Shown here in pieces: positions 1 to 9,721 of a DNA stretch of 64,000 nucleotides (its first letter is position 1; each line of letters begins with the position of its first letter). Where the stretch lies: NCBI GenBank assembly GCA_018655525.1, contig JABIJM010000008.1:20836-84835 (forward strand), in the 5' to 3' direction. Below the pieces are notes generated by a model, which saw only the letters and a list, made by a program, of their open reading frames with translations, was not told where the DNA came from and ran no database searches. The translations under genes and the position numbers were made by a program. This DNA comes from Candidatus Woesearchaeota archaeon (GTDB lineage Archaea > Nanobdellota > Nanobdellia > Woesearchaeales > GW2011-AR9).

Positions 1-98
1 AAATCCTTTGACATTTTTAAAAACAATATCTTCCTCTTAAAATAGGTAGATTTAAATATCTTAAAAGTTTATTCTTTACATAACAAAGAGAGGTTGTA

Positions 99-1016
99 AT
101 GATGAAACGAAATCATATTTTAATTTTCCTAGTATGTGTAAGTGTTCTTTTAGTAGCATGTAGTGGAGGGAACAAAGCAGTAATAGAAAGTCCATTCATA
201 GGTGGTACAGACGGTGCAGTCGCAGTATTTGAACCAATGAGTATTGAAGAGAATGGCGTAGATACAATTTTTGATTCTGATGATTTTATTATTGAAGTTG
301 TATTGAAAAATAAAGGAGAAGAAGTGATCCCTAAAGGAAAAGCAAGTTTCAGATTATTAGGACCTCCTCAATCCGCATTCAAAAATATTCCTAGCTGGAT
401 ATTAACAAATACAGAAGATATTGATAAAGTAACAGAATTTAATTTAGAAGGTGGTGAAGAAGTAATTGCATTCACACCAAATGACGCAGCTACATATAGT
501 CCTTCTGTTACAGGGTTTCATGACATTACATTCAATCTAGAATATTCCTATGATTATAAAACACATGTCATCGTAAGTGACGTTTGTTTCAAAGGAGATA
601 TTACAGATCCAAAAGTATGTGAAGTTAAAGAAAGTAAGAATGCTGCAGTTTCTGGAGCTCCTATCACTGTAACAAGTGTTGCACAAGATACTGGAGGAAA
701 AGGAATCATCTTATTAAAGTTAGACATTTCAAATGCAGGCGATGGAGATTCAACCATTGTTGGAGAAGATTTTGATAAAGCAGGACGGTTTGATCAAATT
801 TCATATGAAATTGATGAACCTGAAAAATGGAAATGTTCCTCTGGTGGAAGAGAAGGCGAAGCACGGTTAATTGATGGTAGAGCACAAGTTATCTGTAAGC
901 TTAAAACACCTTTAACTGAAGGCGAACTTTATACCAAACCCGTAAGATTAACGCTTGATTATACGTATAAAGAATTATTGTTAAAACAATTACGTATTAA
1001 AGAATCAGCTAAATAG
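99..1016 (+). CDS. Secreted lipoprotein of unknown function
   Basis: N-terminal signal peptide with lipobox (LLVACSGG). SD-like GAGGT about 9 nt upstream of the ATG. No motif recognised. Confidence 0.5.
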   Translation: MMKRNHILIFLVCVSVLLVACSGGNKAVIESPFIGGTDGAVAVFEPMSIEENGVDTIFDSDDFIIEVVLKNKGEEVIPKGKASFRLLGPPQSAFKNIPSWILTNTEDIDKVTEFNLEGGEEVIAFTPNDAATYSPSVTGFHDITFNLEYSYDYKTHVIVSDVCFKGDITDPKVCEVKESKNAAVSGAPITVTSVAQDTGGKGIILLKLDISNAGDGDSTIVGEDFDKAGRFDQISYEIDEPEKWKCSSGGREGEARLIDGRAQVICKLKTPLTEGELYTKPVRLTLDYTYKELLLKQLRIKESAK

Positions 1017-1045
1017 ATTTTTTGTTTTTTAATTTATTTCTTTTT
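1017..1045. terminator. Oligo-T tract between convergent genes, putative archaeal terminator
   Basis: ttttttgttttttaatttatttcttttttt lies between the stop of 99..1016 (+) and the stop of rfcS (-). Confidence 0.3.
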
Positions 1046-2008
1046 TTACTTAGAACCAACTAATACAACATAAGCCAAGAAACTTTCTAATTGAATGTAT
1101 TCATCGCTTCCTTCAACCATACGGAACTCTACTTCTCCACATTTGTCAATCAATTGAACTTTCTTTTGATCATCCAGTTCTATTTGCCAAATTTCTTTTT
1201 GGATTTGACGAATAATATCCATTCCAGATAATCCATAGTTTAACATTAAGTCTAATAATTTTTTTCTAGATGTAAGAAAGTCTCCTTTTGCTGCATATGT
1301 TAAAACTTCATTAACTTCTTTTGGTTTTGCAACAGAAGCCATTGAATAGACTAATTCTGGTGTAATGGTAGTACTAATAACTGCACAGGATTGCATAATG
1401 TTTTCTAATCTTCTACAATCACCGTTTGTGATGTCATAAAGAGCTTGCTTTGAATCTTCAGAGATTTGAAGACCTTCTTGTCCAGCAATTTTTGTAATGA
1501 CTGTAAAGACGTCTTCTTTAGGTAATGGTTTGAATCTAAATACAGCACATCTACTTTGAATCGGATCAATGATTTTAGAAGAATAGTTACACGATAATAC
1601 AAATCTACATGTTTTCGTGTAGTTCTCCATGGTACGTCTAAGAGCTTGTTGTGCATCTCTTGTTAGAGCATCACTTTCATCAAGATAAATTAATTTGAAT
1701 GGAACATTTCCAATTGAACGTGTACGTGCAAAATCTTTTACTTTGACACGAATGACATCAATCCCTCGTTCATCGGATGCATTTAATTCTAATGTATTTT
1801 GTCGCCAGTTTTCACCAAATAATTGTTTTGCAATTACTAAAGATAATGTGGTTTTTCCAATACCTGCAGGTCCTGAGAATAATAAATGGGGCATGTTCCC
1901 GGATGCAACAAATGCTTGAATCTTTGAGACTATTTCTTGCTGTCCTTTTACTTCATCAAATGTTTGGGGTCTGTACTTTTCAGTCCATATTGAAGATTCC
2001 TGAATCAT
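1046..2008 (-). CDS. rfcS: Replication factor C small subunit (clamp loader)
   Basis: KYRP...Walker A GPAGIGKTT, DESD box (YLDESDALT), SRC-like motif (QSRCAVFRF). Length 320 aa is typical of archaeal RFC-S. Confidence 0.85.
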   Translation of the reverse strand: MIQESSIWTEKYRPQTFDEVKGQQEIVSKIQAFVASGNMPHLLFSGPAGIGKTTLSLVIAKQLFGENWRQNTLELNASDERGIDVIRVKVKDFARTRSIGNVPFKLIYLDESDALTRDAQQALRRTMENYTKTCRFVLSCNYSSKIIDPIQSRCAVFRFKPLPKEDVFTVITKIAGQEGLQISEDSKQALYDITNGDCRRLENIMQSCAVISTTITPELVYSMASVAKPKEVNEVLTYAAKGDFLTSRKKLLDLMLNYGLSGMDIIRQIQKEIWQIELDDQKKVQLIDKCGEVEFRMVEGSDEYIQLESFLAYVVLVGSK

Positions 2009-2048
2009 AGAATTTTATTGTTAGAACGAGTTTATAAGTTTTACCAAG

Positions 2049-2243
2049 CTAAAACACCCACAACACAAGATTGATTGCAAATTGAAGAACTTGGTCTAAA
2101 GAAACTCCAAAGAAGAATACTACGACAAATGCTGCAAGTAATGCATAAAAAAGAACTTGAACAATAACATGAAGAACTTTGCCCAATAAGGCAATAACAA
2201 TTGCTGCAAGAATAAGTCCAAAAACAGTTATAGGGTCAATCAT
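2049..2243 (-). CDS. Small hydrophobic membrane protein
   Basis: 64 aa with two predicted TM helices. No homology recognised. Confidence 0.35.
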   Translation of the reverse strand: MIDPITVFGLILAAIVIALLGKVLHVIVQVLFYALLAAFVVVFFFGVSLDQVLQFAINLVLWVF

Positions 2244-2292
2244 AAAAAGTAATAATTAAAAGAAGTTTTTAAGGATTTCTAGAAAGCAGTGT

Positions 2293-3354
2293 TTACTTCT
2301 TCATGTAAACAGTATGTGTTGGGTAAGGAATCCCAATTTTTGCTTTGTTTAATGCATTGTAAATTTTCTCAGTTGCTTCTAATTTCTTACCAAAAGCTTC
2401 ACCCCATTGGTCAACCCAAAATAATGCCTTAAATTGCAGTGCAAAGTCTCCCATTGATAAAAATATAACATCTGGAGCAGGTTCATCTAATAGGCCTTCC
2501 ATTTCGCTTAATGCTTTAAGAACAATTTTCTTTACTTTTTGTATATCTGTTCCATAATCTACACCAAATTCTACGTTTGTTCTTACTTTAGGACTTGGAC
2601 GTGTATAATTCTGAACTCTTGAATTCGCAAGATAGCCATTTGGAACATAAATGATTTCGTTATCAAAGGTAATCATTTTTGTACTTCGTAATCCAATATC
2701 ATGGATTGTACCAACATCACCTGATTCTAATTTAATTTTATCACCAACAATGTATGTTTTGTCAAGAACTAATGTGATTCCTCCAAAAATGTTTTTTAAG
2801 GCATCTTGTAATGCTAACCCTAATACAATTCCTGAAATTCCAACTCCTGCAAGATAAGGACCTATGTTAATTTCCCAAATTGCAAGAACCCACATGATTG
2901 CAATGATGACAAAAATTACACGTGCTGATTTCTGAAAGAGTGGAAGTAAAACATCATCAATGTTGGATTTTGTTTTTTGAGCAAAGGAAGTACCCCATGT
3001 CTCAAGGAATACGTCTAGCGCACGTAAAATGATGAATATGAATACGATAGCTAATAATGAATTGATTATTTGTTGAACAAACCCATTAATTCCCAAAGAG
3101 ATGGTTGCAAGTCTTAATCCATACACTAAGATTAGGTAAAATAAAGGTTTTCGTGTTCTTTCAAAAATAAGATCATCTAATTTTGTTTTTGTTTTCTTTG
3201 CAAATTTTTTGAGATATTGACCAAACAACAAAAGTAATATCTGTGCAAGAACAATTGAAAGGACAATAAGGATACCTGCTTCAAGATAAGAATTATTAAT
3301 TGTACTCCAAAGAGGTATTTTATTCAACCATGTTAACAAAATGTCTTCCATCAT
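2293..3354 (-). CDS. Mechanosensitive ion channel, MscS family
   Basis: Multi-TM N-terminus followed by the MscS beta-domain signature (IIYVPNGYLANSRVQNYT). Confidence 0.8.
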   Translation of the reverse strand: MMEDILLTWLNKIPLWSTINNSYLEAGILIVLSIVLAQILLLLFGQYLKKFAKKTKTKLDDLIFERTRKPLFYLILVYGLRLATISLGINGFVQQIINSLLAIVFIFIILRALDVFLETWGTSFAQKTKSNIDDVLLPLFQKSARVIFVIIAIMWVLAIWEINIGPYLAGVGISGIVLGLALQDALKNIFGGITLVLDKTYIVGDKIKLESGDVGTIHDIGLRSTKMITFDNEIIYVPNGYLANSRVQNYTRPSPKVRTNVEFGVDYGTDIQKVKKIVLKALSEMEGLLDEPAPDVIFLSMGDFALQFKALFWVDQWGEAFGKKLEATEKIYNALNKAKIGIPYPTHTVYMKK

Positions 3355-3359
3355 GTACT

Positions 3360-4682
3360 TTATTTACGCTTTCTTTTTTTAACTTTCGGTTTATGATTCT
3401 TTTTTTCCGCTACTTGTGCTAATTTTCCTGAAGGTTCTTCTTCCTTAACTTCTTCTTTAAAGTACCCTTGTGCTTTAAGGATAAAGATTCTAATTGAACT
3501 TAAGAGGATTGTTCCTGTAATTGTGACGAACGCAACCTTTACAATAAAATCTGCGTGAGGAATCCCTGCTGAAACTGCGAGTTGGGCAATTACTGCTGCA
3601 GCTAATCCACGTGCAAACATGGAATCAACTAGAGAACGGTTTGGAGAATCCATCTCTTTTGTTAATACACGTGATCCTAAACGTGATCCCATTAATGCAA
3701 CTGATAAAATTCCTCCAATAATTAATGCTTTTGTATCTGAAAAATCTATTAATAGTCCAATGTACACAAAGAAAAATGTTTTTAATAAAAAGGAAATTTG
3801 ATGATAAAATTCTTGTTCTGAAGGGGTTGTTACGGAAACGCCAAGTTCCCCAGATAATGCTTTCTTTCCAACATTTTGTTTTTCTGAAGCAATTCCTCTG
3901 AAAATAGAAGAAAGTTGTTTGGAGTTGTTTAACATTAAACCAAAGAATAATGTTGCGATTGCCCCATTTCCTTGAAGGAATTCTGTGATCACATATACTA
4001 GAATTAAAAATGCAACAACCATGATGTAACTATGTTTCTTGAAAACTTTTAAGATTAAAATAATCCAAATAACGCCCGCAATCACACCAACTAATCCTGC
4101 AATTGCAAATAATGAAACTAATTGTGTTGCAAGAGATTTGACTGCAAAATTTCCAATATTAATAATTTCAATCACTGTTAAAGAAAAGACAATACAAAAT
4201 ACGTCAGTTAATGCCGATTCTAGAGTTAGTAAAGAATATAATTTTGTACCCACATTCATCTCTTTTAAGATAGGAATCACAAATGAAGAAGAAACTCCTC
4301 CAAGTAAAAATCCCGTGAAAAGTGAAACTAAAAATGGGAATCCTGAAACCATCATAATGATCATTACAATAATTGTAGAGATGAGAAAGTTGAAACCTGT
4401 CAAGATTAAACTATGAGAGAATTCTTTAACTAAGGAAGAAAGATTGATGTTAAATGCACCATCAAATAATAAAAAGAGTAATGTGAATGTTGTAAAGATT
4501 GGAATTAACGCTGAGATTTGGGATAAATCTACCCATCCTAATGCATGTGGTCCTAAGACGAAACCCAAGATAATCAGGAATAAAACATCTGGAATACTGA
4601 ATTTTTTGAAAATAAATTCTGCAAAGAATCCAAAGAATAGAATAAGACTAATCCCTAAAAGCACTAAAATAACCTCTACCAT
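3360..4682 (-). CDS. Cation/proton (Na+/H+) antiporter, CPA1/NhaP-type
   Basis: 440 aa with 10-12 TM helices and a typical NhaP-like hydrophobic pattern. Lys-rich C-terminal tail. Confidence 0.7.
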   Translation of the reverse strand: MVEVILVLLGISLILFFGFFAEFIFKKFSIPDVLFLIILGFVLGPHALGWVDLSQISALIPIFTTFTLLFLLFDGAFNINLSSLVKEFSHSLILTGFNFLISTIIVMIIMMVSGFPFLVSLFTGFLLGGVSSSFVIPILKEMNVGTKLYSLLTLESALTDVFCIVFSLTVIEIINIGNFAVKSLATQLVSLFAIAGLVGVIAGVIWIILILKVFKKHSYIMVVAFLILVYVITEFLQGNGAIATLFFGLMLNNSKQLSSIFRGIASEKQNVGKKALSGELGVSVTTPSEQEFYHQISFLLKTFFFVYIGLLIDFSDTKALIIGGILSVALMGSRLGSRVLTKEMDSPNRSLVDSMFARGLAAAVIAQLAVSAGIPHADFIVKVAFVTITGTILLSSIRIFILKAQGYFKEEVKEEEPSGKLAQVAEKKNHKPKVKKRKRK

Positions 4683-4762
4683 TACTTAGAATAAATGTAT
4701 TTTTGTTTATATAAGTTTTGGTTGTTGTTAAAATAAATTAATAAGAAAAAATTATTTAAATT

Positions 4763-4984
4763 TTAAAAGGTATTGTTGCCATAACCGCCACCATAACGAT
4801 TAGCATGTTCAATACACCACCTGGCATAATCCTCCTCAAGAGCTGGAGGGGGTCGATAAGGTCGGTGTTCAGGTAATGGATCTGAGAGTTGTTGTCGATA
4901 ACGAGCTCCAGGACGCTCAACTAGTGTTAAAGTATCAATTCCACTTTCTGAAGCCCATTTCCTAGAGTTATTTTCGTCTGCCAT
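4763..4984 (-). CDS. Hypothetical protein
   Basis: 73-aa ORF with slightly elevated GC. No motif. Confidence 0.3.
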   Translation of the reverse strand: MADENNSRKWASESGIDTLTLVERPGARYRQQLSDPLPEHRPYRPPPALEEDYARWCIEHANRYGGGYGNNTF

Positions 4985-5089
4985 CTTAATTAAGCCGCAA
5001 TTACGAGATCTTTATTCAATTCTTCTTCGTTTCCTTGCATGAATTGATAATTTAAAAGATCTTGCATGTATTTGCGGTGATTCATTGGA

Positions 5090-5362
5090 TTACTCTTCTC
5101 CGTCCTCACTATGTCCTGCTGGAACAGCATTACGTGAAATGATTAAGACGTCTCCAACTGCTTTAACTAATTGATGAGGAACGATTACACCTTTCGCACT
5201 TCCTAAAACTTTACTTAAGAAAGAATTCTTTGTCGCTTTAATCTTCCATCCAGAAATTTTGTTACTTGCAACGATACTATCTTCGATATCTCCGAAATAA
5301 TCTCCTGCATCTGTAAAAACCTTTAAATCGTAAGCATCTGATACTTTTTTCATTTTTAGCAT
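5090..5362 (-). CDS. PRC-barrel domain protein
   Basis: Small acidic protein with a PRC-barrel-like pattern (SGWKIKAT..GVIVPHQLVKAVGDVLIISRN). Confidence 0.45.
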   Translation of the reverse strand: MLKMKKVSDAYDLKVFTDAGDYFGDIEDSIVASNKISGWKIKATKNSFLSKVLGSAKGVIVPHQLVKAVGDVLIISRNAVPAGHSEDGEE

Positions 5363-5434
5363 TTAAGTCCACCTCACTCGTATTTAAGCTTAAATGGGCG
5401 TAAGTTTAAATAGTTTTCTGTTCCATAGAGGGAT

Positions 5435-6121
5435 ATGAATCTCACAATCCTTGGAACATCTCATATTGCAAAACAAAGTGTTAATGAGATTAAGAATTTC
5501 ATTGAAACTCATAAACCGGATGTTGTCGCAGTAGAATTAGACCTTCAGCGAGCAGCTGCATTAATGCAAGAACAAAAGAATAAAGTTTCAATTGCAGATA
5601 TTCTTCAGATAGGATTGAAGGGATATATTTTTGTGAAGATAGGACAAATTGTGCAAGAAAAACTTGGAAAAATGGTAGGTGTTGCACCGGGTTCTGATAT
5701 GAAAACTGCAATGAATCTTGCACGAAAAGAAAAATTAGATCTTGCATTTATTGATCAACCAATTAGAATTACATTAAAGAATTTTTCAAAGAAATTAACA
5801 TGGAGAGAACGATTTAGATTCCTTGGAGAGATGATTAAAGGATTATTGTTTCCAAAAAAACAGATGAGGGATATGGGGTTAAACAATTTTGATTTATCTA
5901 AAGTTCCAGCAGAAGAAGTGATTGAGAAACTTGTCGGACAAATGAAAAAAAAGTATCCTTCTGTGTATAAAACATTAATTTCTGATCGGAATAAGTACAT
6001 GGTTCGTGCATTGGTAAAATTGATGAGGAAACATCCTGATAAGAAAATTCTTGCTGTTGTAGGAGCTGGTCATAAGAAAGGTATGGAAGCCTTGTTGTTG
6101 AAAGTGGATGTTGTAAATTAA
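5435..6121 (+). CDS. TraB/GumN family protein
   Basis: N-terminal LTILGTSHIA...PDVVAVELD and C-terminal AVVGAGH, characteristic of the TraB family. Confidence 0.7.
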   Translation: MNLTILGTSHIAKQSVNEIKNFIETHKPDVVAVELDLQRAAALMQEQKNKVSIADILQIGLKGYIFVKIGQIVQEKLGKMVGVAPGSDMKTAMNLARKEKLDLAFIDQPIRITLKNFSKKLTWRERFRFLGEMIKGLLFPKKQMRDMGLNNFDLSKVPAEEVIEKLVGQMKKKYPSVYKTLISDRNKYMVRALVKLMRKHPDKKILAVVGAGHKKGMEALLLKVDVVN

Positions 6122-6156
6122 GAATGTTTATGTAGATCATCTTTTTTAGTAAATTC

Positions 6157-6450
6157 ATGGAAAACGAAATTAAATGGAATGAAGATTTAGGCGCGTTAGT
6201 TAATGGCGCTGGTGAAAAGTTTGAAGGTACAAGAATTTCTGGCATTGTAGGGTTTAAAAGTAGTAATAGTTCAAGAGGTTCTGAGAAAGGCGCAGACGCC
6301 TCTGTAATGACAAATATGTTATACGGTGGACGAGAACGTGACGCAGTAGCATATGAAATTGTTTCTCATACTTCAAGAGATACTGCTTCTGGACAAGAAT
6401 TCTGTCAACCAGAATGGGAAGCACATATGAGTGCTATTTTCTATAGGTGA
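6157..6450 (+). CDS. Hypothetical protein (GC-richer than its surroundings)
   Basis: 97-aa ORF with no motif. Its composition is atypical for the window. Confidence 0.3.
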   Translation: MENEIKWNEDLGALVNGAGEKFEGTRISGIVGFKSSNSSRGSEKGADASVMTNMLYGGRERDAVAYEIVSHTSRDTASGQEFCQPEWEAHMSAIFYR

Positions 6451-6538
6451 ACTCTCAAAAGATGAGGTTTTTTGAAGGCCATAAATTTCTTAATTTCTTC
6501 ACATAAAGTTTCAAAACTGGCGCTTTGAACTTTCTTCG

Positions 6539-6553
6539 CAGAAAGTTTATAAA
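6539..6553 (+). promoter_or_regulatory. BRE/TATA promoter of the RNase P RNA
   Basis: agaaag followed by TTTATAAA, about 25 nt upstream of the predicted P1 helix. Confidence 0.45.
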
Positions 6554-6577
6554 TACACTCCTCTTTAGGCACTAAAG

Positions 6578-6908
6578 GTAGTGGTAGCAGAAAGCGTAGG
6601 GTTTTGAACCCAGGAAAGTCCGCCCATTGAGTATCATGGTTACCTTTGAAAGAAGGGTGGGGAAATCCCACAGCTCTGGATTAGAAACGACACGTCCTAT
6701 AAAATTGGAATGATTGGAAGTCCTAATGGCGAAATTATTTGAGAAAATAATGAGTTAACTCCTTGACGTCTTTATAGGGAACGATGAAACGGCGAATCTT
6801 AACCAATGCAAGTCAGTTTGACGCTTAGTAGAATGCTTTCATGGATCATCGCAATCTTTTAAGGTTGTTTGGGTCCAACAAAAGGTGGCTTATGCTGCCC
6901 TACCAACT
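6578..6908 (+). ncRNA. rnpB: RNase P RNA (archaeal type)
   Basis: Conserved P4 5' strand AGGAAAGUCCGCC (6612-6624) and P4 3' strand ACAAAAGGUGGCUUAU (6878-6893). The GGUGG/CCGCC pairing is compensatory. A terminal helix pairs UGGUAGCAG at 6582-6590 with CUGCC..CUACCA at 6895-6905. No long ORF on the + strand; only antisense ORFs overlap it. Confidence 0.6.
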
Positions 6909-6923
6909 TTATAATAAATAAAA

Positions 6924-7280
6924 ATGAATATATTATACCTTGATGTAGATCCCTTAAATGGGTTTGTTGGAGAACAGATGTTAGACCTAGAAGGACATAC
7001 TGCCACCATATTACAATCAAAAAAGGAACTAACGCCCGGCATAGAAAATGATTATGACGCATTAATTCTAGATGCAGAAGCATTTGGGGTTCCAGGAGAT
7101 AGATCTAAAACTACAATCAGTGAATATTTAAGTTCAATTACAAACTATCAAGGCCAAATTCATGTGGTAACAACACAGACGCAAATGTCTTTAAGAAGAG
7201 ATTTGGGTATTTTAGTAAATCGTGTGAGTGCCCATCATAAACCCTTTAAGTGGTCTAATATCACCGATAATTTGGAATAA
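6924..7280 (+). CDS. Hypothetical protein, possibly a CheY-like receiver fold
   Basis: ILYLDVD...DALILDAE spacing resembles the receiver-domain acidic pocket. Weak. Confidence 0.3.
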   Translation: MNILYLDVDPLNGFVGEQMLDLEGHTATILQSKKELTPGIENDYDALILDAEAFGVPGDRSKTTISEYLSSITNYQGQIHVVTTQTQMSLRRDLGILVNRVSAHHKPFKWSNITDNLE

Positions 7281-7321
7281 AGACAAAAATCTTATAAACT
7301 ACATCATAAAATAAGAATTCT

Positions 7322-7495
7322 ATGGCAAGAGACAATAAAATTAATATGCCTTCTGGACAAGGAGGATTAACACGATACTTTGATGAATATAGTTCAAAGA
7401 TTGAAATTTCTCCTACAGCAGTTATTGTATTAGCGGGTGTGATTATGTTTATGCTTATTATTCTACATCAAGTAGGTGGAGGCTTTTTCGGATGA
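7322..7495 (+). CDS. secG: Preprotein translocase subunit Sec61-beta (SecG, archaeal)
   Basis: Unlisted 57-aa ORF MARDNKINMPSGQGGLTRYFDEYSSKIEISPTAVIVLAGVIMFMLIILHQ. The PSG.GL.RYFDE motif plus a single C-terminal TM is diagnostic. A TATA-like ttataaa lies about 25 nt upstream, so the transcript is probably leaderless. The stop overlaps the NAC start (ATGATG). Confidence 0.75.
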   Translation: MARDNKINMPSGQGGLTRYFDEYSSKIEISPTAVIVLAGVIMFMLIILHQVGGGFFG

Positions 7496-7833
7496 TGCCT
7501 GGTATGAACCCTCGGAAGATGCAAGCAATGATGAAGCAGATGGGGATCCAACAAGTTGAGATTCCTGCAACTGAAGTTATTATTAGAACAGCCGATAAAG
7601 AAATCATTATTACAAATCCTTCTGTCCAAAAAGTAAATATGATGGGCAACCAAAATTTCCAAGTTTCTGGAAACATTACTGAACGATTATTAGATTCTAC
7701 ACCTGACATTTCTGAAGAAGATGTAAAAACTGTAATGGAACAATCAAACGTTTCTGAAGATGAAGCACGGAAAGCGATTGAAGATGCTAAAGGAGATTTA
7801 GCAGAAGCAATCATGGGCTTAATGAAAGAGTAA
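7492..7833 (+). CDS. nac: Nascent polypeptide-associated complex protein (NAC alpha)
   Basis: NAC domain (QVEIPATEVIIRTADKEIIITNPSVQ) followed by a C-terminal UBA domain (SEDEARKAIEDAKGDLAEAIMGL). Confidence 0.8.
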   Translation: MMPGMNPRKMQAMMKQMGIQQVEIPATEVIIRTADKEIIITNPSVQKVNMMGNQNFQVSGNITERLLDSTPDISEEDVKTVMEQSNVSEDEARKAIEDAKGDLAEAIMGLMKE

Positions 7834-7871
7834 CCACAACAATTTTAAACTTCATTACATTTCTACCTCTT

Positions 7872-8330
7872 ATGCACGATGCAAAAAAAAGAGCGCAACA
7901 ACATTTTGATGCTGCTCATCATTTTCTTCATAATACATATCCTTTATTGAAAGATCCAAAGTTGCTACTAGGAATCTTTTCTAACATTTCAAAATCGTTA
8001 GAAGCGTCTATGGAAGCCATCCTATTACATGGAAGGGCTAATCATTACATTCCAGCATTTGGTGATAATTTCACACATAAATGGCACGCATTCAGCAAAT
8101 ATGCTGTCCCAAAACATCACATTGCAGGAGAATTCACAACAATGGTTATGGATTTAAACAGAATAAGAGATTTACATGATAAAAGTCCAGTAGAATTTCC
8201 ACGTGGAGAGAAATTGGTAATATGTAATGAAGAGTATGACATTACAACTTTAAGTGCTAAAGAGGCACATTTGTCTTTAAATAAAGCACGAGAATTACTT
8301 GAAAAAACTGAAGAGATTCTGAAATCATAG
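7872..8330 (+). CDS. Hypothetical protein (possible HEPN-like helical domain)
   Basis: His-rich helical protein with an R-x4-H motif (RIRDLH). No other signature. Confidence 0.35.
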   Translation: MHDAKKRAQQHFDAAHHFLHNTYPLLKDPKLLLGIFSNISKSLEASMEAILLHGRANHYIPAFGDNFTHKWHAFSKYAVPKHHIAGEFTTMVMDLNRIRDLHDKSPVEFPRGEKLVICNEEYDITTLSAKEAHLSLNKARELLEKTEEILKS

Positions 8331-8388
8331 AAAGTAATAAATAGAAGTATCAGTTCTCCCTACTTCTTGGTTACAAAGAGATACACAC

Positions 8389-8868
8389 ATGGATGAAATG
8401 AATGAAATTTTACTTGAAGCACGTGACGAATTGAAGAGGTTAGAGCACATCATCTATGTTTCTTTGAAATACACAAGAACTGTAGATGTTATTACAAATG
8501 CACTTAATCGTATGGTAAGTACCTATGATTTGGTCGTTGATGCATTTTTAGAAAGAGCTCAAGAAGAAGGTCAGATTGAATCTTTACCTAAAAGTCCTGC
8601 ATTACGTGCAAGAAGATTAGCTGAAATTCGGGAAAATGACCAAGAATTATTGAAATATCTTAAATTTTATACATTTCTCAAAAATATTTTAACGTTACCA
8701 TATAGTAGAAGACAAGAATATAGAAGACATGTTACACGAATTGTACCTTTAGAGAATTCTACTGCTGAACTTTGTATTGATAATCTTACAAATGCAGAAA
8801 AATATCTTCATAAGTTTGTAACATATGCCTGGCATACACTTGTTGGAAAGCCAGAAGAAGACGATTAG
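8389..8868 (+). CDS. Hypothetical protein
   Basis: 159 aa, helical, no motif. Confidence 0.4.
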   Translation: MDEMNEILLEARDELKRLEHIIYVSLKYTRTVDVITNALNRMVSTYDLVVDAFLERAQEEGQIESLPKSPALRARRLAEIRENDQELLKYLKFYTFLKNILTLPYSRRQEYRRHVTRIVPLENSTAELCIDNLTNAEKYLHKFVTYAWHTLVGKPEEDD

Positions 8869-8936
8869 GTCCTTTCTTAAATACACCTTGAAAAACGATA
8901 AATATTAAATACTGGTTCTTTCTCTTTCAAGTTAAC

Positions 8937-9653
8937 ATGACAAAATTTATTGCAGTGGCATCCGGAAAAGGTGGGGTTGGGAAAACTACAAGTACGTTAA
9001 ATATTGGTCAAGCATTAATCAATATTGGAAAAAGAGTTGTACTTGTTGATGCAAACCTTGTAACACCAAATTTAGCATTGCAACTAGGTTTAGTAAATCC
9101 TGAGGGTACAATCAATAAGTTCTTACGAAAAGAAAAGAGTTTGAAAGATGTCACCTATTTACATGAAACAGGATTATCTGTCATTCCTGCATCTCCCTCT
9201 TATCATGAATTTCAAAAAACAAATTCTCAGAATTTAACAGAAGTGTTCGAACATTTAGATGACACAACTGATTTTGTGTTATTAGATTCTCCAAGCGGAT
9301 TAGGATATGAAGTCAGTCATGTAATCAAACATAGTGATGAAGTCTTGGTGATTGTTAACCCCCATCTTAGTTCAGTCATGGATGCATTAAAAACAATGCA
9401 GTTAGCAAAGGCTAATGACACAATGGTTGCAGGTATTGTAATGAACATGAGCCATAAAGGAAAGCACGAAATGTCTCCTTTAGAAGTTGAGCAAATCTTA
9501 GGATTACCGATTATCGCAAATATAAGACATTCTAAAAAAATGCGTAAGGCATTACATAAGCAGATGCCTGCAACGTATTTATATCCACGTTCAAAAGTAG
9601 GAAAAGAGTTTAGAAAGATTGCTGAACATTTGACTTTACATAAGAATGTTTAG
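8937..9653 (+). CDS. minD: MinD/ParA-family P-loop ATPase
   Basis: Deviant Walker A SGKGGVGKTT near the N-terminus. 238 aa, typical of archaeal MinD homologues. Confidence 0.75.
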   Translation: MTKFIAVASGKGGVGKTTSTLNIGQALINIGKRVVLVDANLVTPNLALQLGLVNPEGTINKFLRKEKSLKDVTYLHETGLSVIPASPSYHEFQKTNSQNLTEVFEHLDDTTDFVLLDSPSGLGYEVSHVIKHSDEVLVIVNPHLSSVMDALKTMQLAKANDTMVAGIVMNMSHKGKHEMSPLEVEQILGLPIIANIRHSKKMRKALHKQMPATYLYPRSKVGKEFRKIAEHLTLHKNV

Positions 9654-9721
9654 GTACATTTCAAACAAATTCTAAATGGGAAAAGTTTTAATAGTTTTCA
9701 ATAATAGTATGAACTATCAAC

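Noticed and set aside
554-2010. Small ORFs 554..757(-), 1405..1656(-), 1695..1919(+) and 1777..2010(+)
   Set aside because: Each is nested within or antisense to well-supported genes, the lipoprotein and rfcS.
6157-6450. A possible SRP (7S) RNA in the GC-richer stretch upstream of the RNase P RNA
   Set aside because: I could not find the helix-8 or Alu-domain conserved motifs. An intact 97-codon ORF spans the stretch exactly, so I kept it as a low-confidence CDS.
6441-7083. ORFs 6441..6671(-) and 6859..7083(-)
   Set aside because: They overlap the RNase P RNA and its promoter and have no coding features. These are shadow ORFs.
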